DNA of 62,073 bases, filler included, from Trichosphaerium sp. ATCC 40318 (lineage: Eukaryota > Protista > Tubulinea), in the NCBI GenBank assembly GCA_038496445.1. It is 3 parts of 3 records of this genome, joined end to end, with 100 filler letters (N's around TTAATTAATTAA, not from the genome) between each part and the next. Parts side by side here need not be neighbours in the genome. Positions count along the whole stretch, not along the records: positions 1 to 20,724 come from JALMLS010000515.1; 2 more parts are not named here. One strand, written 5' to 3'. The translations under genes were made by a program, and so were the position numbers. The notes under the pieces are model-generated. The model did no database searches. It worked only from the letters and a program-made list of their open reading frames with translations, and had not been told where the DNA came from. Below are positions 1 to 12,568 of this stretch, piece by piece. How positions within the stretch are numbered: the stretch's first letter is position 1; each line of letters opens with the position of its first letter.

Positions 1-2202
1 CCCTTCAGTAGATAAACATCCCAAACATGCATTGCAACATCAAGAGGAAGAGTTTTTGAAAAAATTGTGAGCACCCTATAAAAACCGCGGTAAGTCAAAA
101 CACAATGGTGCAGCAAGTCTGCTTAAAGGCCGAAAAAAATGTGAACAAAAAAAAAGAAAAAAATTAAGTGTACCAATCCAGTAAATACAATTCAGGAGGG
201 ACACCCAATTTTGTGAGGTGGGCACTTAGTTTAGGAAGGAAAAAATCAAGCATGGTTTGAAATACACGGTAATACGCATGTATCTAAGACAGAAGGTTAA
301 CAACAGCTGGCGCAAATACTACAAAGGTTACGCACTTTTTCCACTTGCATACTGTAAAAAGCAAGATGCATCCGCGTATTCAACATATTGGCAAGAACAA
401 TAAATGCATTACACTCACTCACATTCAATAAGAGTATTGCAGCTAAATACGACATGCCTTGAACCTAACATTGTAAGAAAAAAAGAAAAAGAATAGCAAT
501 AATTTTTTTACAAAGTTGCTTCAGCACATAGCCTAAAAGGTTATTATTGAACGCACATATCCAATATCAGGTCTAAAGCATACATATGCCTCTAAAACAT
601 TACGCAATATAGGATGGTAAGGGCCATCTTCATTAAAAAATGATAAAGCTGGAAAAGTTCGTGGTAAATCAAGTGGAATTAATAATACTGTATCTTCCTT
701 CCCAACACCAACTTTTTCCTCTTTCATTTCTCTTCGTGCCTGGATCAGAAAGTAAATATTGTAATACAGACCACTCATTTCCAGTATAGTTATTATACTC
801 ACCCTTTCGGCACCCTTTAAGTGAATAGTGTACAATTCAGGTGTTATATTCAATTCATTTGAAGCCATTTTTACCCAAATATCACCACGCATATTTGAAG
901 GTACACCATGTAACCACAAGTCTTTTGTTCGCTCTGCATCTTTTCTACATGGTTTAAGAAATAGCTCTTAAAACACTGGAGTACAAAAAAAAGAAACCAA
1001 ACAACAATAAAAGATAAGCGAACCTGTGCCATGTTGGTAAATGTTGTTTCCACCTCTCTATATTTTGGCCTATTTGATTTTCCCTTCTCCTCTTCTTCTC
1101 TTCTCGTGTAAGTCGCTGTCTTTCTTCTTTTGTACCTAACCGTCGGTCACATAAAAGACACCAAAACGTTTTCAAAAAAACCAATCAACTCACGTGATTT
1201 TCTCATCATCTCCTCATATTGACGTAAATGACGCTCCTCTTCTGTCTTATCCTTTGGTGGCAACATTCTAAGAGTAAATTAAGATAAAATAAGCGCAATA
1301 AAGCGAAATTTCAATATATTATTATTTGTTTCCACTTTGTAATGTGTATACGCACCTTGGCCTTGTCGTAGATATATGTAATTCATTTATATTTTTTTGA
1401 AAAATCTGGAGGTAACATAAGACCACATAACGACCTAATGTATCTCCGTACGTTTTAAATCTTGTAAAAAATCTACCAACATTTTGTTCAGGCTCAAAAT
1501 CACTTGCTAGAGAACTCTTATCTCGTCGTTTATCTAAACCAATCGTTGGTAATGATAGTGTTAGTTAATGGAATATTACTAACCTTGTTCATCAGCGTTT
1601 GCGTCAGCATTAGCGTCATCTATTGGTGTTTCTACTGGAGGTGCACTTGAACTTCTGCCTGCACGGGACCGTCCCGAACCGACATCTGCTTCACTACCGC
1701 TAGGACGCACAGGTGTATTAAGCGTGCCTGTCGAACTACGCCTTCTTTCTTTGACAGGCTCCTGTACTTCCTTATTCTCATCTGTTGGCGCGTCTGGCGC
1801 TTCGATTGGCGTTGTGGTGGCCTCTGCCGAATTTACGCCCTGTTCATTGACTGAAACACCTGAAGTCTAATAAAAATAAGTTGCAGGCGTCCAATACTTA
1901 TTGTAGCGTACGAGAGATCTATTGTCGGTTTCTTCGAGATCAATATTATCACTAACACCCGCTTCTTCTCCTGATTCAGTTTGCTGATCATTTGTATCGT
2001 CTGTATTATTATCTTCACCCGTTTCATCTCGTGCTTCAGCTGTTAAAGAGTCGATTGCAGTGCGATCGTCTGAGGCACTTTTTGAGTCGCTCACGGCTAC
2101 TTTGGTTTGGGTTTGTTCCTCTTCCGTACCCTTGTCACCAGTTTCAGCTGTAGCATTCTGTAATGCTGTTTCGTTTTCGAAAGCACCCTCTACAGATGTC
2201 AT
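1..2202 (-). CDS. TBC-domain Rab GTPase-activating protein (TBC1D12/14-like), multi-exon, runs off the left edge
   Basis: Exon translations LWLHGVPSNMRGDIW, IPLDLPRTFPALSFF, LRNVLEAYVCFRPDIGYV/QGMSYLAAILLLNVSE contain the TBC IxxDxxR and YxQ fingers; acidic low-complexity N-terminus starting MTSVEG. Confidence 0.9.
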
Positions 2203-2417
2203 CAAGGTGGTAGGGTATCTTTTTTGAAAATAACTGACATTTACAGTTAACAAAAAGCACTACTTCCATTACAACAGGAGCAGAGTCTAAACATCTTTCT
2301 TTGACAGCCTGTGCTTAAAAGAGCAGAAAAAGAACACCAGTATAATTATAAAACCACTCAACACAGCCTATACGCGTGCAACTACTTAAAAAAGATCACA
2401 CATTCATATTTATCAAA

Positions 2418-2941
2418 ATGGCTGACGCAGATGGTCCTAATAAGAAAAACTTCCACCGTGCTGTCTCAGACCCTAAATTCACGCCAAAACTTTACAATAT
2501 ACCAGCAAACGCGCCAAGAGGCTTGGGTAAACTGACTGCCATTAAATGGTTTCAAGTTGCGAGGCTTGTTTTATACGTATCGGCACCATTGGTAGCGTGG
2601 AGAATATCAGAGGAGCTAAGAACTGCTTCATTTGCCCCACAACTCATAGAATACGTACGCAAACTAATTTTTAGCGCCAACACGTATTAATACAATCGAT
2701 TTACGCTCTTTCTTACGAATTCCGGTTGTTGGTTGACTAATCTTATTCACAGTTCGGCTGGCTCATACCCATAGAAAAACAAATGGAATACACCATAACT
2801 CCACCAGAAAAACAACAAATTTTATTTGAGCGCACTCAAGAACGCCTTGCGGCAGCAGATGATGGCACTTATCTCACTGGCGACCCTGAAGCAGCACAAA
2901 GGAAGATATTTTGGTCTGACATAATGTTAAAAAAGAAATAA
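2418..2941 (+). CDS. Small mitochondrial-type protein, PET100-like COX assembly factor (2 exons)
   Basis: Spliced product MADADGPNKK...KWFQVARLVLYVSAPLVAWRISEE...PPEKQQILFERTQERL resembles the PET100 pattern (E-x-x-R-x-x-x-Y-x-x-x-P TM segment, then PPE and a charged helix); GT-AG intron after codon Y at ~2655. Confidence 0.5.
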
Positions 2942-3097
2942 TTTTTCTTTCTCACAACGCTCTAACGAAACCAAACAAACACCCAAAAAGCAAAGATAAA
3001 ACCCTGTGTTTTTTTTGTAAAATGTAATTTTTTTGTACAAGCATTTTGATGTCCATACAACGCAAAGCGTTATTATACTAATAAAACCCATAAGGAA

Positions 3098-4763
3098 TCA
3101 AAAAAATAGCAAGTCGTTCGTTCCTCCAACTGTAGCAGTTGCTTTCTGAAACAAAGAGTTAGAGAGTGATCAACAAGTTTAAAAATAAAGGAAACAAGAC
3201 GTAAGACGTCTTTCTACTTACTGGTGCACCAGCGCTGAACGCATCAAATGGGTTAGCTGGTTGAGTTGGTTGAGTTGGTTGTGCTTGTTGTGCTGGAGCC
3301 ATACCGCCTTGGAAAGGTGTGAAATTCAACTGACCGCCCTGTGGTTGACCTATTTCATTTTGAGATTTTGCTAGAAATGTACTATTCAAACAAACCTTGG
3401 AACTGTTGCTGTTGTGGCGGTTGCCCATACTGGTTAAATCCCGCGAATGGGTTACTTGCAACCAAAGAAGGGGATTGATTGTATTGTACTGGTTGCGGTT
3501 GATTGAATTGCAGTGGCTGGTTGTACTGTTGTGTAGCAGCTTGCTGTTTAGGTACAAATGGATCAAAACCTAAGTCCAACAAATTGCCTGTTGGTTGTGC
3601 AGCAGGTTGGGCTTGTTGAACTTGTTGAACTTGCTGAGTTTGCTGTGGTTTCTGTTGAGCTTGCGCTGGACGAGTGTTGGCAACTCTAGTTTGCTACAAT
3701 TATGTAAGACAATGTAAAAAACAAAAATCTTAAACGAAGAAATCTGGGAGTAATGTCTTTTCTCCACTCTGCACCAATAAATATGTCACTATTTCTTATT
3801 CCCTCTAAGATACAATGTGATGTAACTCACCAAAGCAAATAATTACCAAGTTCATTGGTGCTGAGCACAGAAAAAGAACAAAACTTCCAAAATCAACCAG
3901 TTTTGTTATTTGTAAAAAAGAATAATAAAATTCTCCAGACTTGTTTGACGTACGCTACTACCACTTGAACCAGGAGGCGGAGGTAGGAATGGAACCTATG
4001 ATATTATAAGGTTTATAAACATGCCAGTTAAATCACGTACAGCGACATCCGGTTGCGTGTTTTTCTTTGGAAGCGGCTTGAGTGGCTCAAGTTTTGTTTT
4101 TTTGCCCTTCTTCGATTTTTTCTTTTTCGCCTCGTGCTTGCGACGTTTGTCATCGTGGGTACCTTTAACCGACGCCATGATATCTATAAATATGAGATAA
4201 GCTTGCGTGTACGTCAAACGAATCCTGTGCGATTACCTTCAACCCATGACTGGCGTTCTTGAGGGGAATAAGGGAAAAGTACAAAGGTTCTTGTTCTACA
4301 ATACAAGCGAATTTCACCTGTCGCAGTTAAGGATTATTGGTTTAACACAAGTTATTAGGTGTAAGGGTGCATAAGGATACGTCCTTGTTCTTCAACTGAC
4401 ACAGTCGGACTGTTCAAGGTAATGTGAATGCGCAACCAATATTTACGGGACTTTTCCTTCTTACAAACGAGCATAATGTCGTTAAACAGGAAGAAGTGCC
4501 TTGGTTTCTGTTTCTTGTCCTTATCACTCCACATTTGCATGGTACCTTCGCTAGTTGCGTGTGAGGATAATCAGAGTGTATGATCGCTATGTAGAAACAA
4601 AGACTCAACGTACCGCACAAAAAACCTTCCATCCGTCACGAGGTCCTAAAATCTACGTTACCATTTTATAATTAACTAAATAACGCACTGGTGGCTTTGG
4701 TGTTAGAACGTCATGTATTTCCCACACGCGAGAGGTGCTATATAATTCTGGAGATGTAGCCAT
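3098..4763 (-). CDS. PH-domain protein with a Q/P-rich tail carrying endocytic motifs
   Basis: EGTMQMWSDKDKKQKPRHFFLFNDIMLVCKK is a PH strand pattern; the tail has LLDL, FDPF, two NPF motifs and ends NDLLFF*. Confidence 0.7.
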
Positions 4764-4978
4764 AGCGTATAGTTACCACTTATGATTCTCCGGCCGCTTT
4801 GTAAATTGGTGAATAACTACTTTCCTTTGACTGCTTTTTCACCGCATTTTTCCAAAATAAAAACAAGCAACCACCAATGTTAAGACTAAGATTTACAGTA
4901 TACTTATGTACAATTTATTTAAGCTTATTGGCTATATTGACACTTTAATAGCCAAAATGACTTTTTGAAGAAGTCTCA

Positions 4979-5891
4979 TTATGACTCTTGTTTTATCTTC
5001 ATCCGCTTAGCTTCTCTGGTATCTTCTGCGTCAAGTTTCTAAAGAGAATGTCAATAAATCTTTGAATTTGATGTTGGTAGGCGTGCCCTCTTGCGTAATG
5101 GAAACTACAAGAATGTTAGATGAGAAGAGTATATTGAGCGACGTACTTTGGCTTCAAGTGTAGAAAAAATACTATTAAGTTGGCTGTCATGTACCCGTGA
5201 TGGCCTGCCCTCAGTCTTTATCGAGTTTGTCTCTTCATCAGTGAACTATGTAGTTGTTATGTACTGAAGGGCGGTTAAAGCGTTAATACTTTGCCCTTTC
5301 GCCAACTGTACTTGGTGAGCGGATCAAATGTAGTGAAAGACTTCATTGCTTTGAAAGCCTCATGGGCATGAAATGAGCTACAATGCTAAATTTGGGTTAT
5401 AACTGTTCATTTTTGTTGCTTATGTACGTACAACACGTGACAATAGTACATCTCTCACAGTAGGAGATTGATAAAAGTCTGCGTTAATGAGGTAGAAGGT
5501 CGATACAGGTTTTGTCGTTGCTCGATCTTGGCGGTACTCTTTACGTAGAACAGTTAAATTACCTCCTTCTGGAAGCTTCTCTGCGTGGTGAATAGCGTAT
5601 TGCAGCCCTTTCATATTCCTTTTAAGGTATTTAATACATCAGAATGATATTGATTGGCGTTACGTACAACAGCAAGTCCTCCTGGTGTTCAAATTCATGG
5701 CCTTGCATTTGTAACGCGGCATTATCGCATGACTTGTCAAAAAACGGCGAATATGCGAAATAATGCATTGCATGCTCTGGTTCGGGTATACCGAACTGTG
5801 CGACCCACATACCATGCGAGAATCTTTGCTGTGATAAATCCGCCTCTGGATACGGTATTTCAGACTCTCTATTGTTGCCGTCTTGTTCCAT
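4979..5891 (-). CDS. MED6: Mediator complex subunit 6
   Basis: MHYFAYSPFFDKSCDNAALQMQ and FYLINADFYQSPTVRDVLLSRV match MED6 conserved blocks (YF...PFYD.TCNN...MQ; YY.I.G..YQAP....V..SR). Confidence 0.85.
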
Positions 5892-6029
5892 TTGTTGTAC
5901 GATAAAAAAGAATTTGCTGCCGTGCTTCCTTCTCCGTGTTTGTTTTGTTGAATTGATTCAAAGCCTAACTTAAAATACAGGTTTAAAACCGTTCAAGCAA
6001 CAACACCTTCTACTTGTTACACTACAAAA

Positions 6030-6603
6030 ATGGCTGATGTTGTAGGTACTGCTTGGCTATTGGAAATCGCTATAATTCGCCCCTTATGCATTTGTAGTAC
6101 CACGAAACTTTCGTTTGTTAGAAGAACTCGAAAGAGGTGAAAAGGGACTCGATGGCAACGGATCTATCTCTTATGGTCTAGAAGACGGAGCGGACATGTC
6201 ATTGTCTTCCTGGCAATGTACTATCATTGGACCACCTGGCGTATGCGGCAGATAATAACGCTTTATACATAACCTTTTGCTAGACACGCCACGAAGGTCG
6301 CATTTATAGTTGTAAAGTACACTGTGGCGATAATTACCCTAATCAGCCTCCTACAGTCCGTTTTTACTCCAAGATCAACATGAAGTGCGTCAACGCTTCA
6401 AATGGGGTATGTAGCGCTTGAATACGCTCCATTATTTAAATACCACTAACGCTTAGCAGCAGGTAGTAAATTTAAACGTCTTGTCAAACTGGAAACGTGA
6501 GTACACCTTGGAGACAATTCTCAAGGAACTACATCGCGAAATGGCAGCTCCTCACAACAAAAACCTTTCCCAACCACCAGAAGGAGCAAACTACGGATAT
6601 TAA
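6030..6603 (+). CDS. UBE2V: Ubiquitin-conjugating enzyme E2 variant (UEV1/MMS2)
   Basis: Spliced [17 protein letters not shown]...ISYGL...[38 protein letters not shown]...QPPEG is the diagnostic UEV sequence. Confidence 0.95.
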
Positions 6604-6872
6604 AATGACATGCACCCAACAAAACACACCACGCGAGTGTCAGCGCGTTCCTACATCACTGTGTAATGCTGTAAAAAAAAATCAAAAAAGTTTTGACAAT
6701 TATACTGTTTGCAAGTTCAATTTCGTTGTGGCGATATACGTTATGCAATACGCATGAATGTACGCTGTTTGACTGTCCAGAAATGGCCGAAGTTTTTTCG
6801 CGTCAAAAACCGGGAAATGTTAAACTTGAGTCAATAGTATTCTCTAATCGTTACTTAGGAAGAAGCATCGCA

Positions 6873-7813
6873 ATGAGCTACACTGGGGTATGATAATACT
6901 TGTAACGCTATATGCAGGCGTAATTTCTCAACTTATTCCAAGGAAATCGTGATCGATGGAAAGGACCATTTGATGGGCCGTTTGGCTTCTATTGTTGCCA
7001 AGCAATTGCTCAACGGCAAAAGAGTTGTCGTCTTGCGTTGCGAAAAGATTATAATATCTGGACATTGTACGCCCTTCATTTTACGTTGTATCCACTTCTA
7101 ACGCATTATTTAGTCTTGAGAAACAGAAGTACGTGCTAGATGATTGTTTTTAAGCTGATCTATTCCTTCTAGTCAAGTTTCAACACTGGTTGAACAAAAC
7201 CAGAAACTACAACCCAGTAAATGGTCCTAGACACTACCGTGCTCCATCAAAGATCTTTTACAGATGTGTACGCGGTATGGTCCCACACAGAATCCCTCGT
7301 GGAGGAAACGCCCTTGGCAGACTCCGTGTCTTCGAAGGTGTACCTTACGAATTTCAAAAGTCTAAAAGAGCCCTTGTCCCTGATGCTCACCGGTACAATA
7401 TCATCAAAATTACTCAACTACGATATAAACGCGTTATTTTCACCATTGCGCCTTTTTCTTTTAAATCGTATTTTGCAATTCAAGTAGAAATCTCACTTTT
7501 GTATTTTAGCGTAAACCGCCTTCGTCCTGGTCGTAAATGGACCATTCTCGGCGAACTCGCCAATACTATTGGCTGGAAATACCAAGGTGTCGTCAAGGCT
7601 CTCGAAGAAAAGAGGCAAGTCCGTGGCAAACAATTCTTTCTCCGCAAGCAAGCTCTCCAGAAACTACGCAAGGAAGCAGTTGTCGCTGTTGAAGCCAAGA
7701 TGGGTGATGAAGTCAAACAACTCGAAGAATTTGGTGTTCCTCTCGTCAGTGTATGGCCAGGCCGTCTCGAAAAAGAAGTCCTCAAGCGACCAAGAGCTGA
7801 GAAATCGCAATAA
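6873..7813 (+). CDS. RPL13A: 60S ribosomal protein L13a (uL13)
   Basis: [70 protein letters not shown]; four introns including a 15-nt exon. Confidence 0.97.
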
Positions 7814-8008
7814 ATTTTGTATTGTTGTGCGACCTTGGCAGTATTTTATGTGGAGAAAATCATGTGCTATTATAATTAAATCCATAACTGTTGTGATTGC
7901 ATTAGTGACTTTGTTATTCTTCTGTATTTGTTGAAAACAAATTTTGTGTTTATTTTGTTTTTTTCAATTACCCGTTTTGACTAGTTTCGGCTTTTTTTGC
8001 CGTTGGAG

Positions 8009-9044
8009 ATGGTTCTCGTTCTTCGCAGGGTGTTGGACGTTGAAGACATCACATATTTACAATGTATTTGGTTCATAGTTATTTCAACGTTCTTGATGGT
8101 TGTTCTGGTGTTGGAGTCTTTGCTTGCCTGCAGCCGTAGTAAGAAACTCATCGATCCAGAGGATAGAGAGAGCAGTTTTAATGCCAAGGGAATACAAAAG
8201 ATTCATTATGATCTCCCAGCTATCAATTGTGCGCACGTGATAAACTAAACGCATACAATTTCGCTGCTTACTATCACGTTAGCATTTAACGCGTATTTAC
8301 GTGATGTTGTGCTGTTTTATTCCGAACACAGCGTTATAAGCTGTTGTAGGTGGGCAGCTTGCTATTGTGTCGTTTTAGCATATATTTTTGCATGTGATAG
8401 GACGCCTGCCTTTTCGTTTGTCTCAAAACACTACTTACCACTGGAATTCGCCATAGTTCTATTTATATGTTTGATTGGTGCTTTCGCTTCAATAAGGAAA
8501 GAACCAGGTACGCTACATAACGGAAAATGAGCTAACTAGAAAATCTCGAAATAGAAAAATATGGAGTTGCTCCAGTGTTGTCTCGGAATCAAACAAACGA
8601 ATGGAAGGGGTGGTTGCAACGTATGTATTCTGATACTTAAGAATGTTATTTAATATTTATACAGTACTTATCCTTGCGTATCATTGGTACAATGCAAAGG
8701 GGATATACAACTAGTACGTTCTAAGAAAACTGCAAATAATATTTGATTGTTTATTAACTTGTTGCACTTGTTTTAAGCATCCGGCTCACTATTGGTGCTT
8801 ATGTATGGTAAGATAGATATCAAACCCTCATCGTGTAATGTAAATAGGTTATCAGGATTCGGTCACTTCATGTATTTTGTCAAGACTGGTGATTTTAGTG
8901 GTAAACGAGTTATAAAGGTTAGACAGTCTCTTTTTTGGCAACTTTTTCTGTTGACTTGTTTCCTTAGGTTCTCTTTCGTTTGAATTTCTTTTGCCTTTGC
9001 TTGTCTTCTATAATGAATAATTATTATATGACTTACTATATAAG
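8009..9044 (+). CDS. Cas1p/CASD1/RWA-family membrane O-acetyltransferase, apparently 3'-truncated
   Basis: Spliced LSRNQTNEWKGWLQ-LLILAYHWY, IRLTIGAYVWLSGFGHFMYF..TGDFS, LFRLNF...NNYYMTYYI match the plant RWA/CASD1 blocks (LNRHQTEEWKGWMQ; AYVWMTGFG; NNDYMLYYI). The expected C-terminal part is not found. Confidence 0.8.
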
Positions 9045-9244
9045 GTATGGATTGATTACTGTGTCCTCTCTAAGTGTTTTTTTAAAGCCCAATATTTACA
9101 TTTTATTTCTTTTTTTTTTTTATTAAGTCAGTTTATTGACACGACGGTACATTCCGCACATGTTTACACATGAAGTACAGCAAAAACTAAGGGTTACGAT
9201 CCCTTCGCCGTTAAACGATTAAATAGGTGGACCACACCTGCTAG

Positions 9245-12200
9245 CTAGAGCAAAGGCATGTATAAGTAGGATTTGTCTTTTGGGTTTTTAAGTCTATTTT
9301 CTACCAGAGCCATTTCTTTTTCAATCAGTGATCGGTGTTTAGTGAAAGAGGGGAGCCCTTCTGAGTGTCGGGCTGCATTATAAGCTATCCAAGTCCGTTT
9401 TATAAGGATTGCCAGGTAAAGTTGGTTAATTGGGCTAAGAGAAGATAGGGAATGCAAGGTGTCAGAACAGAATTGAAAGTTAAGTCTAAGTTTTTTAGCA
9501 ATGATGGTAGTAACATAGTAAGGAGGAGATTTGAAGAGGATCCACATAATATGGTCTTGTTCAGCGTCATAGGCGCATCGAAGTGTGCGTAGGATTGCTC
9601 TAAGTAGGTAATCTCTGAGTATAGGGAATATTTTGAAGTGGTTGCCCGTGTGTAGAACTTTGAAGGTGTTTTCCAGTTTGAGGCCATACTTGATTAGCAT
9701 CTCTTTGATACGAGCAGTTGGTTCGCCTTTATTAGCAGTAGAAAGTTTATAAAGTTGTTTGGCGCTTCTCGGTTTAGGGCCTACAGCATCTATAACTTCA
9801 TCTAAAGAGCAGTTTATGAATTTGGTGTTGAGGGATATCCAGGCGTTTCTACAAATTGTGAAATGGTAAGAGGCATTGGCTTTAGACCACATGCCAAAGT
9901 GATTATGCCATTGATTCCATAAGCGGTAAAATGGTAGGTGGTTGGAGTGGTAGTTGTACAGAAAATTTTCCCAGTGAGAAGCCAGCAAAGCTGTGTTAAA
10001 AGTAGCAGGGTTGATCAAATCAAAGCCACCTTGAGATGTGCTATTGAAGATTCGCTTAGGTGAGCGTCGAAATTGTTTGCCAAAAAAAAGGTAAGTAGTA
10101 GCAAGCTTGATAGAGTTAATTTGCTGGGGAGAAGCCTTGATAAGTCTAAACAGATATGTGAAGAGGGAGATGGAGTAAGAAACGTATATAGTTTTTTTGG
10201 AGTAGAGTGTTCTTGTGAGATTGGCCCACCTTGTGGATTTGTTTTGTAGATTATTAACAACATTCCAAATTGTATTTTCTAAACCGATATTGTTTTTGTT
10301 ATAAGTGAAGGTGGTACCAAGATAAGTGGCTGAGCTAGTAGACTTGTAAGGAGACAAAAGCGGTTTGTTGGTTATGGACATGCACTTGTCAGGATGGGCT
10401 ATAAGACCTGTAGTGGATTGAGCTGCTTTAAAGACTTTGGTCATTTCAGTAATATCTTTGACAGAAGTGGCAAGAACAACAACGTCATCGGCAAAAGCAA
10501 GATAAGTAACCTTAGTTTTGTGTAACATGACACCATCCAACTTGCGGTTAAGCAGGTTGAGGAGTGGTTGAAGAGTGATAACAAATAGGGTAGGTGAAAG
10601 AGGGTCTCCTTGTTTGACTCCACGGGATACCAGAAACGGCTTAGACAGGGTGCGATTAACATAGACTTTGAAAAAAGTGTTAGAAAGGCAAGCTTTGATA
10701 AGGTTAAGAAAGGGCTTAGGCACTTTGAAGTGTTTGAGTGTGCGAAAGATGGCTTTATGATCAACTGAGTCAAATGCTTTTTGAAAATCAATAAAGGAGA
10801 AGTTGTAAATGTTGTTACCATCACCACAATCAATTTCTTGGAAGAAAGCCTCCTCCAAAGTAATGATATTTGTGGTAATGTCCCGTCCAGGTACAAATCC
10901 GCTCTGTGTTTTAGGAATGATGTGTTTGAGGATACAGCGTAACCTGTTGTTGATCAAGTGAGTGAGAATTTTATAGTCAGTATTGAGAAGAGCAATAGGG
11001 CGGCGATTACGAGGATCCAGAACATCACCTTTGTTTTTGTAAAGAGAGATAAATATTCCTTTTTTGAATGCTGCCGGAATGGAGACTGAGGAAGGGTTGC
11101 TAGTGTATGTGTTGTTAATACACCTGAGGAGGGAAGAAGAGAGTTTTGGAAACATTTTGTAGACAAAGGATGGTAATCCATCTGGACCTGGAGCAGAAGA
11201 ACCATTGAGCTTTGTGAGGACCTTATTCATTTCATCTTTGGTAAATGGTGAACTCATGTTTTTGAGTGCAGATTTGGGGACTTTGCGAAGCAGTGGTTTA
11301 AGAGAAGAGCTTTTAAGTATAAGGCCATGTTTGGTAGCATTAGTTTTAGATTTTTTGTAAAGGTTTTCATAGAACGTACGCAGCACTTCAAGGATGTCTT
11401 TTGTAGAGTGAACTATCTCATTTTTAGAATTTTTCATAGCAGTAACGATTTGATTGTGACGTTTGCTGGCTAATCTAGCTGAAAGTAACGGACCAGGCAC
11501 TTCATCAACAGTAAAGTCTTGAAGCCCTGCCTTGAACATTTGAACAGATTTGTAGCCTCGCTCCCAGTAAGACAGCTTGGCACATAAATGAATATGTTCA
11601 GCAGTACCTGGTGAAGTGTTACTAAGTTGCTGTTTAACTTGATAGCGATTATGATTAATGATTTTGACCAGATCTAATTGGTTTTTTTTAAGAGAGTGAG
11701 TAAGAGTACGCTTTATGCTACACCATTGGTGAAGGTTATTTGCTAAATGTGTGTTGGTGGATTGGACAGTGGTTTTTAAAGTTTCAGAGTATTTCATCCA
11801 GTTTTGGAGCCGCCATAAGCCTTTGCTAAGTTTGTTTTTGTGAGAAGAGAACTTGGAAACAAGGAAGCAGTGGTCATAGTTTGATAGTGGAGGATCAACT
11901 TCGAATTTAGTGCAGGATTGATGCCAAAATTTACTAGCAAAAATATAATCGATTTTAGACTGAGAAGACTTACCACGGTAACAGGTAGAGAGAAGGTTAT
12001 TGTCAATATCAGTTAGACTGTTAGAGAGAAGAATTGTACCTAGTTCAGACAAGCCCGTAAGCCTAGAATCTGAACTGCTACAGTGTGGGGTGACATGTTT
12101 GACTGAAAAAATTGTATTGAAATCACCTAATAGAAAATCGACGTTGCTAACGTTTTGATTAAGAGAGGAAAAAAAAGCAGGGCGTTCTTTAGACTGAGAG

Positions 12201-12568
12201 GGAGCGTATACAACACAGATGTTGAAGGAAACAGCATTTTTGGTGACTGTGGCTGTGACATACCTGCCGGATTGGGAGAGCACAATATTTGAGATGTTGA
12301 GTGACTTGCGGAGTATCAGTGCTGTACCTGAATGCCTTGAGGAAGGTTGAGGAGACCAAGCGACCTTGTAAGTAGAAGAGGAGACAAAAAAGGGTATAGA
12401 GTTGGTTCTACGTGAGTTAGAGGAGTTTGAAATAGGTTTCCAATGTGTTTCAGAGACAGCGACAAGGTCAAGATTGTGAAAAGACATTTTTTGAAGCAAG
12501 AAGTTCCATTTATTGACAGTAGTAAGTCCGTTAGCGTTCCAAGAGCCTATAGCTAAGTTGAGAGTCAT
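9245..12568 (-). CDS. LINE ORF2: APE-type endonuclease plus reverse transcriptase
   Basis: SWNANGL, VSETH, VYAP, LGDFN, SKIDYIF, YDH (EN); SAPGPDGL, RPIALLNTDYKI, QSGFVPGR, DFQKAFDSV, GVKQGDPLSP, FADD, YLG (RT); 1107 aa uninterrupted. Confidence 0.97.
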   Translation of the reverse strand: MTLNLAIGSWNANGLTTVNKWNFLLQKMSFHNLDLVAVSETHWKPISNSSNSRRTNSIPFFVSSSTYKVAWSPQPSSRHSGTALILRKSLNISNIVLSQSGRYVTATVTKNAVSFNICVVYAPSQSKERPAFFSSLNQNVSNVDFLLGDFNTIFSVKHVTPHCSSSDSRLTGLSELGTILLSNSLTDIDNNLLSTCYRGKSSQSKIDYIFASKFWHQSCTKFEVDPPLSNYDHCFLVSKFSSHKNKLSKGLWRLQNWMKYSETLKTTVQSTNTHLANNLHQWCSIKRTLTHSLKKNQLDLVKIINHNRYQVKQQLSNTSPGTAEHIHLCAKLSYWERGYKSVQMFKAGLQDFTVDEVPGPLLSARLASKRHNQIVTAMKNSKNEIVHSTKDILEVLRTFYENLYKKSKTNATKHGLILKSSSLKPLLRKVPKSALKNMSSPFTKDEMNKVLTKLNGSSAPGPDGLPSFVYKMFPKLSSSLLRCINNTYTSNPSSVSIPAAFKKGIFISLYKNKGDVLDPRNRRPIALLNTDYKILTHLINNRLRCILKHIIPKTQSGFVPGRDITTNIITLEEAFFQEIDCGDGNNIYNFSFIDFQKAFDSVDHKAIFRTLKHFKVPKPFLNLIKACLSNTFFKVYVNRTLSKPFLVSRGVKQGDPLSPTLFVITLQPLLNLLNRKLDGVMLHKTKVTYLAFADDVVVLATSVKDITEMTKVFKAAQSTTGLIAHPDKCMSITNKPLLSPYKSTSSATYLGTTFTYNKNNIGLENTIWNVVNNLQNKSTRWANLTRTLYSKKTIYVSYSISLFTYLFRLIKASPQQINSIKLATTYLFFGKQFRRSPKRIFNSTSQGGFDLINPATFNTALLASHWENFLYNYHSNHLPFYRLWNQWHNHFGMWSKANASYHFTICRNAWISLNTKFINCSLDEVIDAVGPKPRSAKQLYKLSTANKGEPTARIKEMLIKYGLKLENTFKVLHTGNHFKIFPILRDYLLRAILRTLRCAYDAEQDHIMWILFKSPPYYVTTIIAKKLRLNFQFCSDTLHSLSSLSPINQLYLAILIKRTWIAYNAARHSEGLPSFTKHRSLIEKEMALVENRLKNPKDKSYLYMPLL

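Noticed and set aside
7129-7172. Box C/D-like motif (ATGATT...CTGA with TAGA/TCTA stem) in an RPL13A intron
   Set aside because: The 44-nt intron is too short for a snoRNA, box C is imperfect, and CTGAT is the expected branch-point motif.
8009-9044. 'Cas1p' domain name suggesting CRISPR Cas1
   Set aside because: Cas1p/CASD1 is a capsule/sialate O-acetyltransferase family unrelated to CRISPR.
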